In this document: in pieces, positions 32,804 through 40,907 of the stretch | Position numbering within the stretch: position 1 is the first letter of the stretch | How the letters are laid out: the number at the start of each line of letters is the position of its first letter | Origin: Vicugna vicugna | Lineage: Eukaryota | Assembly: GCA_013265495.1 (NCBI GenBank) | Contig: MU057776.1 | Span: 186,001 to 226,907 of the forward strand | Reading direction: 5' to 3' | Length of the DNA stretch: 40,907 bases | The notes under the pieces: model-generated | Database searches by the model: none | What the model saw: only the letters and a program-made list of their open reading frames with translations | What the model was told of the DNA's origin: nothing | Position numbers and translations under genes: made by a program

Positions 32804-35800
32804 ATGAACCTGGACATCCAGTGTGAGGAGCTGAGCGACAGCCGGTGGACGGAGCTCCTGCCTCTGATCCAGCAGTACGAGGTGGTCAGGTAGCAGCCCC
32901 CACGTCACTTCATTTACGGAAGCGTGCTGTGACTTTTGTATGGTTTTTGTGTGGCATGAAATTTTTTTTTAATTTTCCTCCAACTATTTCTTGTTGTTTT
33001 TGAGGGGGGTAATTAGGTTTACTTATTTATTTTTAGAGGAGGATACAGGGATTGAACCCAAGACCTCGTGAATGCTAAGCGTACGCTCTACCACTTGGGC
33101 TGTATCTTACCCTGCCTTTCTCCAACCACTTGAATGCAAACGCATTGCCGGCCCAAGCCTGGTGGGCAGAGCGGCCCAGACCAGGGTCTGCAGCTCGCCC
33201 TCTTGCTCTGGGGGTGTGATCGCGTCTGTCGGCTCCCCTCCCGGGGGCACTGCCTGTGCCCTGTCCCCTGCGGGGCCGCAGGCTGGGAAACAGCGCAGAC
33301 CTAGGGGTCCTGAGCGTTCACCGGTGAGAGATGGATGCCTGCCTGCTTGTCGTTTTCCTTTTGAACTTCCTTGAAAGCATTTTAGGTTATGGAGGAGTTG
33401 TGAAGACGGTGCGGGGTTCCCTGTGCCCTGCGCCCCCTCCCGCTGATGTCAGGCACCCTGTCGCCTGGGGCGCGGGTCATAGCGAAGAGCCCAACAGGGC
33501 GCCTCGCCTCTCGTCACCGGCTCTTCCACCTGCGTCCTCTCCTGTTCCCGGGGCGCACGGGAGCCCTCGGGGCACTCATCCTCACGTCTCCCCGGCCCCT
33601 CCTGTCTGTGACGGCCCCTCTGTCCGCCCTTGACCTTGGCCACCTGACCCTCGACGTCTTCTCAGAGCTGAGTCACACATTCTGGGGAAGATAACACAGA
33701 AGTGATGTTGTGCCCTGCCTGGCATGTCATATCTGGGGTTTATGGTCACAGTGGCGCCAAACGGTGAGCCCTCGCCTCGTGGTCACCATGACCACCTGAT
33801 GGGTGGTGCCTGCCGGTTCTCCACTGCAGCCACTGGTTTTCCTGTTATCGGCAAACACCCTGGGTGAGACACCTGAGACTCTGCTCTCACCCTTTTGTGC
33901 TAAAACGGTCGTCCACTGAGCTCCACACCCGTTGGTGGGTCTTGCCAGAATGGCTATTACGGGCCTTTGCCTAACTGGGATTTTAATGTCCCCGTTCCTT
34001 CCACGACTTACCAGCTGTCATTCCGTGAGTAAGAGCTGGCTTTTCTTCCACCTGTGTTCACTCGGGTTTTCACTCACGGGGACGGACAGGTCCTGGGTTG
34101 TGCTCTGGTACGTTCCCCGCTGGGCCTGCTGAGGCCCTTCAGGGGGGCACTGCCCTCCGAGGTGCCGCGTCCTCTCCCACACGTGCTCGGAGCTGCTGCC
34201 TTGTCCAGGTTTGATTTCTCTCCTGGAGGTGGACACCTGCTGACGGGCCCCTCGGTAAGATGCGGAGATCCGCATCCGTACACGTGCCGGTGTCTGAAGT
34301 TTTCCAAGATGATCATATGCTTTTCCTGTTTCGTTTTAAGCTGTGTTGGTTGTCACCCACCTTGCCCAGTTCTTAGCCCACTGTCGGGTCACGGCCTGCT
34401 GTGTGAAATGACCAGGTGTCCGTCCACAGGCTGGACGACTGTGGCCTCACGGAGGTGCGGTGCAAGGACATCAGTTCAGCCCTCCGGGTCAACTCCTCCC
34501 TGACCGAGCTCAGCCTCGGCACCAATGAGCTGGGTGATGGCGGCGTGCGCTTGGTGCTCCAGGGGCTGCAGAGCCCCACCTGCAAGATCCAGAAGCTCAG
34601 GTGAGGCTGCAGGGTCTGAGCCTGCTTGGCGGTCCGGGGAGGCTCCACTCACACCGCAGCCCTGCCTGTCATCCCTGGGCCCTGGGCCCTGAGGCACACC
34701 TGAGCCCGGCCCGGCCGCCCTGTGGGCGCCCACACAGGCGCCTTGCCCAGGCTCCTAGAGACGGGGGTGGCTTGTATCGCGTGGGGCCCCGCTGACGGCC
34801 ACGTGCTCCAGCCTCCAGAACTGCTCCCTGACAGAGGCCGGCTGCGGGGCCCTGCCCGGCCTGCTGCGCTCCCTGCCCACCCTGCAGGAGCTGCACCTCA
34901 GCCACAACCCGCTGGGGGACGCCGGCCTGCAGCTGCTCTGCGAGGGGCTCCTGGACCCCAAGTGCCAACTGGAGAAGCTGCAGTGAGTGTGTGCCCGCTC
35001 CCCCTAGGCCCACCCCCAGCCCTGCACCCACCTGTCCCCTGGGAAGCCCCGTCCCCAGCTCATCAGCTTCAGGGAGCTTTGAGGGGGATCTCGGGGTCCT
35101 GCAGACCTCCTGCTCCCTGACTCCCAGCTGAGGCCGGAGGAGCTGGCAGCTGGCCTATGACCCCGCGCACAAGCAGGAGTGGCCGTGAGCACACGGGTGG
35201 GGTCAGCGGCCGAGGAAGGAAGCTGGGCCAGAAAGGCCCGGCTCAGGACAGGTGTTCTCTCTCCTGGGTCTCCGCCGCCCACTGTCCGGGGTGGGAAGGG
35301 AGGCCCTCGGCCTGCCGGCCCGGACGCATTCCTGCGAGTGAGGGGCTGGCCGGCCACCTGTCCCCAGGCTGGAGTACTGCAACCTGACTGCCGCCAGCTG
35401 CGAGCCCCTGGCTGCCGTGCTCAGGGCCACGCAGAAGCTGAAGGAGCTCGCCCTGAGCAACAATGACATCGGCGAGGCGGGCATCCGGACGCTGTGCCGG
35501 GGCCTGGCGGACTCCGCCTGCCAGCTGGAGACGCTCAAGTAAGGTCTGGGCCGGGGTGGGGGGTTGCGGGCGGGGCTCCCCGGCTCCCGGCACCTCTTGT
35601 GTCCCCAGGCTGGAGAACTGTGGCCTCACGGCAGCCAACTGTAAGGACCTGTGTGGCATCCTGGCTGCCCAGGCCTCTCTGAGAGAGCTGGACTTGGGCA
35701 GCAACGCGCTGGGCGACGCGGGCGTCGCGGACCTGTGTCCCGGGCTGCTGAGCCCCGGCTCCCAGCTCAGGACCCTGTGGTGAGTCGGCCCCCGGGCTGG

Positions 35801-37749
35801 GCGGGCAGGGCGGGCAGGGCCTGCAGAGCGGCCGGGCGCGGCGGGGGACGTCCAAGAGTGCCGCTGTGCTGACGTGGGGCCGGCATCGCCCCGCTGGCCC
35901 TGCAGTGACAGCCCGAGCACCCCCGCCCCCCCGCAGGCTCTGGGAATGTGAGGTCACCACCAGCGGCTGCAGAGACCTGTGCCGCGTCCTCAGGGCCAAG
36001 GAGACCCTGAAGGAGCTCAGTCTGGCGGGCAACCACCTGGGTGACGAGGGCGCCCAGCTGCTGTGTGAGAGCCTGCTGCAGCCCAGCTGCCAGCTGGAGA
36101 TGCTGTGGTGAGCGTGCGCCCCGTGAGGAGGCTTGTGGCCTGGGGGCCGGAGCTTCCTCGGAGGGAGGGCAGGGACGAGGTGCTGAGGTTGAGCTGCCCA
36201 GAAGCCAGGAGGAGTGGGAGGGGGCCCTGGGAGGGGCGCCCCTCGGGCTCAGGTCTGCAGCGACCTCAGTCCCTGCCTGCCTCCCGCAGGGTGAAGTCCT
36301 GCAGCCTCACGGCCGCCTGCTGCCCCCACTTCAGCACCGTGCTGGCCCGGAACAAGCGTCTCCTGGAGCTGCAGCTGAGCAGCAACAAGCTGGGTGACGC
36401 GGGCGTCCAGGAGCTCTGCCGGGGCCTGCGCCAGCCCGGCTGCGTGCTGCGCGCGCTCTGGTGAGCCAGCGGGCGGAGCGCGAGTGTGCCTGCGCGGGGC
36501 GGCAGGGCCCCCTCCCGTGCGGGAGCCCTGTCCCCACGCAGCCTTCTGGGTGTTCTCTTCTCGGCCCCCACCCAGAGCAGCTTCCGCCCCGGCCTGCGCT
36601 CGCCTGCCTGCCAGGCCCTCGTCGGCGGGGCCCTGCTCCGTGCTGCCTGGCGTGAGCTGGCTCGTGCTCCCGGCACCGTGCGTGCTGGGTGCTGGCTGCA
36701 CTGAAGGAGCGTGTCGTGTCGTGCTCCAGGGTCCTCTGCTGGCCTGGTGGGCCGGCCTCCAGGCTCCCTGTTCTGTCTTCCAGCCCAGCTGCTCAGCCTT
36801 TCACTTCTGCCGTCACTGTTTTTCCTCTGTTCTGTGTCCTTGCCTGCCTTCCACTGGTGGCTCCCCTGGGACGGTGGTCATCCCGGGCACCAGGCGAAGG
36901 TGGGGCCGAGGAGCCCTAGACAGCCGGCCCTGCAGCTGAGCCCCAGGCGGGACCCTCCTGCATCCTGCCAGGGGACACTGTCCTGCCTCCAGGGTCTTGG
37001 GGACACTCTGACGTCAGGCGGGGAGAGGGGCTGTGGTCCCTGACACCTGGGTCTGCCCCGGCGCGGCCCCTCGGCATGGTGGTCTTGTGGCGCTGGGGGC
37101 CCCTGGGCCTCGCGCCGCTGCCCCCCCCGGCGGGAGCCGGCACCTCTAACCTTCCTTTGGCCCTCGTGCCTCCTGTCCCCAGCCATCCCCTTGGCCTCTG
37201 TAGAGCCTCCGCCCCACCCAGCCGGGCTCGGGGGTGAGGAAGCAAGGAGTTGGGGTCCTGAGTCCAGCCTGTGGCTGCTGTGCCCGCAGAGGGGAGCTCT
37301 GCGCCTCCAGGCTGAGGTGGGGGGAGAGCTGTGACGCCGGGGCCACGAGCATGGCCCAGGTCACTAGGCCGGTCACTGGTGCCCTCTGCCCCAACCTCTG
37401 CCCTGCTCTCCACCCAGGCTGGGGGACTGCGACGTGTCTAATGGCGGCTGCGGCGGGCTCGCGGCGCTCCTGCTGGCCAACCAGAGCCTGCGCGAGCTGG
37501 ACCTGAGCAACAACTGCATGGGCGACCCTGGTGTCCTGCAGCTGCTGGGCAGCCTGGACCAGCCCGGCTGTGCCCTGGAGCAGCTGGTGTAAGTGGGCGG
37601 CGGGGGCGGGGGCGGGCCGGCACGCGGGCGGGCACGGCCCACCCTGCCTCTCCCTCCGCAGCCTCTATGACATCTATTGGACGGAGGAGGTGGAGGACCG
37701 CCTGAGGGCCCTGGAGAGGAGCAAGCCCAGCCTGAGGGTCATCTCCTGA
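32804..37749 (+). CDS. RNH1: Ribonuclease/angiogenin inhibitor 1 (leucine-rich repeat protein), complete, 9 coding exons, 1371 nt / 456 aa
   Basis: Exons 32804-32889, 34430-34600, 34812-34982, 35368-35538, 35609-35779, 35937-36107, 36290-36460, 37418-37588, 37662-37749; the seven internal exons are each exactly 171 nt (one A+B LRR pair). Kozak GCCATGA; N-terminus [36 protein letters not shown]-terminus [28 protein letters not shown] retains the RNase-binding Tyr-Asp-x-Tyr-Trp hot spot and terminal Ser. Confidence 0.98.
32988..33113 (-). mobile_element. tRNA-derived SINE (camelid Vic-1-like) in an RNH1 intron
   Basis: 'ggggggtaattaggtttacttattt...ggggattgaacccaagacctcgtgaatgctaagcgtacgctctaccact' is an antisense tRNA-like head (B box GGTTCAATCC) plus the camelid SINE body. 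Confidence 0.88.
33680..34330 (-). mobile_element. Ancient L1 (L1MC4-like) 3'UTR fragment in an RNH1 intron
   Basis: 'acacagaagtgatgttgtgcc', 'tgaccacctgatgggtggtgcctgccggttctccactg', 'ccttgtccaggtttgatttctctcctgga' resemble the recalled antisense L1MC 3' end. Confidence 0.6.
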
Positions 37750-37858
37750 GGCGCCGCCGTGCACAGCCCGCCTCCCCCCTCGGGGTGTCCCAGCTTTAAC
37801 TGAGAGAAACGCTCAAATCAACTTATCTCTGCGAGAGAATTTTAGGCACTTTATAATC

Positions 37859-37864
37859 ATTAAA
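37859..37864 (+). terminator. RNH1 poly(A) signal (ATTAAA)
   Basis: ATTAAA 110 nt after the stop codon, followed by GT-rich downstream sequence. Confidence 0.8.
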
Positions 37865-38450
37865 CACTTTTGTGGCAAGAGGGGTCCTTGTCCGTCCCTG
37901 TGGTTCCTGCGAGGTGCTGGTGTCGAGGGAGCAACGTTTTCGCGAGGCTCTTGCTGCCCGATAACCACAAACTGAGCAGCTTTGAGTGAGTTCTGGGAGG
38001 CCTGGCCGTGGATGTGCCCGAGCTACCTGGGTGCTGGCAGGGTCCTGCTCCCTGCGGTCCTGGAGGCCACCTCCCCCCACAGGCGTTCACATCCTCAGGG
38101 TCTGCGAGGACGGCGTCCTGCCCACACTGAGGGGCACCAGAACGTCCCCCCTGCCCTCAGAGGGACAGCAGCCTCTGGTCGTCAGCAGCTCACCTGGGCG
38201 CCTGGCATGTGGGCCGGAAACCCGCCTGGGAGCTGCTCCCAGCTCCCGGCTCGCGGCTGCACCTGTAAGTGGCCGGCTCCAGAACGCGTTCCTGGTGGAG
38301 GCCAGAGCCCCGTGGACGGGAGGGCAGGGTCCTCCGTCTAGCTGGCCTCACCGTGCCACAGGTGGGCAGCATAGGGGTGACCTGCCCTGACCAGCACAAT
38401 CGAGCAGCAGACACTGGGCGGCTTTCACTGGTCTGGTCCTTGGGCAGTAA

Positions 38451-38994
38451 CTTCTGTCGCTGCAAAAGTCCTTCGTGGTGCCCAGGACCCTGGCTTCTAA
38501 ACACCCCCACTGGAAGGAAGCAGCTGCCCTCGGGTCTGGGCAGGAGACGCACAACGTGGGCCTGCGTGCATCTCGCCCAGAAGCCAGCGGGGTCTCCACC
38601 CCACAGGGAGGGAGGCAGGCTGTGACCCAGAGTGACCACAAACCCAGTGACTTGAACCTCGGGCGGAGCTAGCTGGGCGGACAGGACACCTGGTGTCCCT
38701 GCAGTGGGTCAGCCCAGAGCAAAGCTGACGCAGGGACAGCAGCAGGCGGGCCTCTGGGTGGGGCACACTGAGACCCCCGCCACACACCCCCAAAGCGAGG
38801 TCAGCTCACGGAAGCCAGAGGCTGAGAAGCCAAGAGACAGCGGGGCACCTGGGGTGGGGACGGTGTCCGTGGTGGCACAGGCTACGGCAGAGGTGAGGGC
38901 AGCGGGTTAGCAAGAGGCCACCTGCTTCCTTCCAGTGGGGGTGTGTGGAAGCCAGGGTCCTGGGCACCTTGCAGGGCTTGGCAGCGACAGGAAG
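38451..38994. repeat. Inverted repeat, ~80-bp arms (38451-38531 and 38914-38994), ~380-bp spacer
   Basis: Left arm core GGTGCCCAGGACCCTGGCTTCTAAACACCCCCACTGGAAGGAAGCAGCTGCCCTC; reverse complement of right arm GGTGCCCAGGACCCTGGCTTCCACACACCCCCACTGGAAGGAAGCAGGTGGCCTC (51/55 identical). Confidence 0.93.
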
Positions 38995-39037
38995 AGGGCA
39001 GCGAGGAGACGCAGAGCGACAGACCTTCACTGTGGCT

Positions 39038-39043
39038 TTTATT
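39038..39043 (-). terminator. PTDSS2 poly(A) signal (AATAAA)
   Basis: TTTATT on the + strand ~580 nt downstream of the PTDSS2 stop codon. Confidence 0.8.
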
Positions 39044-39625
39044 TGTTCTGTTTGCTCGTGGGGATGAGCTCAACTCTGGGGGCACGGAGACCCCACGACC
39101 CGCCAGGCTGCCTGGCCTTGGAGTATCCGACCCCACCCCCAGCCCCGGCCGCACACCCTCCAGGTCGGAAGGTCAGGTGAAAGCCCCCAAGGGAAGGATC
39201 TGCCCTTTCTCAGCGGCCGCAGGGCGCTCCCGGGTGATCATCCTTTGCACGGGCTGCCAGGGGAGTCGTGGGGCCCGCAGGGCGCAGCCAGGGTCCAGGG
39301 AGCCAAGGGGGCACCGCGAAGCTGCCGCTCGGGCCGAGCCGCTCAGTGGGTGCCAAGGCTCAGTGCGGACGAGGCCGGCGGGGTGACTGCGCAGAGAGGG
39401 GAGGCCGTGGCCCAGGGCGAGCCCCAGAGCCTCAGGAGCCAGGAGCACGCAAGCACGCCCACACGCCCGCACGCACACCCCCCCGAACACACACACACGC
39501 CTGGCCCCACTGTGCACGTGGGAGAAAAGGAAAAGAAAACCTTGAGGGCTGAGGCCCAGCGGGAATCCCAGCAGATGGAGGGCGGCGGGCCCGGGCTCCA
39601 CGCGGCTGAGGCGCAGCGTCCGTTC

Positions 39626-40868
39626 TCAATTTGGAGCCGGCACCCCCTCCCTCGCGGCCTCCTCGGGCCCCAAGGAGTCGTCCGGCCCAGGCGGGTGCCC
39701 GTGCCCGTCCACACCGCCGTCCACACTGCCGTCGGCCCTGCTCCGCTGCTTCTGCCGCCGGGTCTCCTTGTACCTCAGGGTGATGTCCCTGGTGGCAGCG
39801 GGGGCCGCGTCACCACCAGCTGGGCCCTGGAGGTCCCTGCCACTGCCCCGTGGACGCGCCCCCCGCGGGTGCCAGCGCGGGCAGGGCAGAGCCGTGCAGG
39901 GCCTGGCACCTCGGACCCGACCAGGAAGAGGCCCGGAGGCGCAGGGCCGTGGCGTGCGGGCTCACCGCAGGAAGAAGCGCCAGACGGTCCAGGTGAGGGC
40001 GAGCACGGAGCCGAGCGTCCAGCACTGGGAGATGTAGAAGGGCAGGGACAGCGTGAGCGTCTGCGGGTCGTACTTGACCACGATGAGCAGCTCCGTGACC
40101 GTGATGGCCGCCACCAGCCAGGCCTGCTGGCCCAGCTTCTTGTGGGGCTTCCTGCGGGGGAGGCGTCGGCTGAGGCCGTGCAGGCCAGCTCGGCCCGAGC
40201 GGCAGCACGGCTCCTCCCGTGCCTCCCCGGCCCCCGCGGCCCTCACGGGTCGTCCATGAAGTCGTAGATCTCCCGCATGGCCACGCCGCCCACGTTGACG
40301 AAGAAGACCAGCCGCAGGAGGACCAGGCAGTGCTCGGGGGGCAGCCACAGCACGAACTTCAGGTAGAACGTGTTCAGTTCTGCCAACAAAAACTGGGGGC
40401 AGAGGAGGGTGGGGGTGAGCCCGGTGCCCGGGGGCCGCGCGCGGGAGGCCGTCAGCCTTACCACCAGGACGATGCCGCACACGGCCAGCCAGCGGCGTAG
40501 ACTGGACGCGGGCTTCCACTCGAAGCGCACCCAGCTGTAGGGCGTGAACTGGAAGGCGATCCTCTTCATCTTGCCCCTAGAACCAGGGCTGTCACCTGGG
40601 GCGGCACTGCCACCGCCTCGCCCCCCCCCCGCCCCCAGGTCTCTTCCTGGACCACTTCCCCCAGGGAGGGCGGCCAGGGCGGGGTGGTCCCGAGAAGGGC
40701 CGGCAGGGACGCCGAGGCCCCGAGGGGCAGGGTGGCTCTTGGGACGTACTTGTAGGTTGGGATGTTCCAGAGGCCCTGCCACTTGTACGTCTTCAGGGAC
40801 AGCCACTCGAGGGTCTTCATGCCGCAGTAGATGCCCAGCCCGTTGCAGACGAGCACGTCCATGATCCA
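39626..40868 (-). CDS. PTDSS2: Phosphatidylserine synthase 2, last five coding exons (gene continues beyond the right edge)
   Basis: Minus-strand exons 40868-40750, 40576-40462, 40392-40247, 40151-39966, 39788-39626 with GT-AG junctions. They translate [62 protein letters not shown]...[13 protein letters not shown]...[10 protein letters not shown]...[18 protein letters not shown]...GVPAPN*. Confidence 0.97.
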
Positions 40869-40907
40869 CTGGGGGCGGGAGCCGGGGGAGGTGGGTGCCA
40901 CAGACCC

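Noticed and set aside
25847..33113. tRNA-like A/B boxes at three sites
   Set aside because: They have SINE bodies, A-rich tails and flanking duplications, so they are SINEs rather than tRNA genes.
38859..38879. RE1/NRSE-like motif (minus strand CACCACGGACA)
   Set aside because: The left half-site TTCAG is absent; too weak to call.
39245..40267. 340-aa plus-strand ORF antisense to PTDSS2
   Set aside because: Shadow ORF of GC-rich PTDSS2 exons and 3'UTR, with a non-ATG start and no homology I recognise.
1..40907. Prokaryote-type systems (CRISPR arrays, operons, IS elements)
   Set aside because: The sequence is intron-containing mammalian DNA; no regularly spaced repeat-spacer array is present.

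Overview
Mammalian, GC-rich genomic DNA, most likely camelid (three camelid-type tRNA-derived SINEs), syntenic with human 11p15.5. It holds three spliced protein-coding genes reconstructed exon by exon from GT-AG junctions: a complete B4GALNT4 (+, 20 coding exons, 1041 aa), a complete RNH1 (+, 9 coding exons, 456 aa, seven 171-nt LRR exons) and the last five coding exons of PTDSS2 (-). The remainder is L1, L2, ERVL, MaLR, ERV1-type LTR and SINE relics plus CpG islands; most entries in the ORF track are spurious. I see no convincing new gene system. Points worth following up: the gene order is rearranged relative to human/mouse; an ~80-bp inverted repeat lies between the convergent RNH1 and PTDSS2 poly(A) sites; the terminal B4GALNT4 splice acceptor is present in four degenerate copies; an orphan CpG island is built from CpG-enriched ancient repeats; an ORF1-only/inverted L1 with a target-site duplication is nested in an older L1; and a GAS/ISRE-like plus CTCF element sits at the window start. 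Repeat subfamily names and reference comparisons are from memory and repeat boundaries are approximate.
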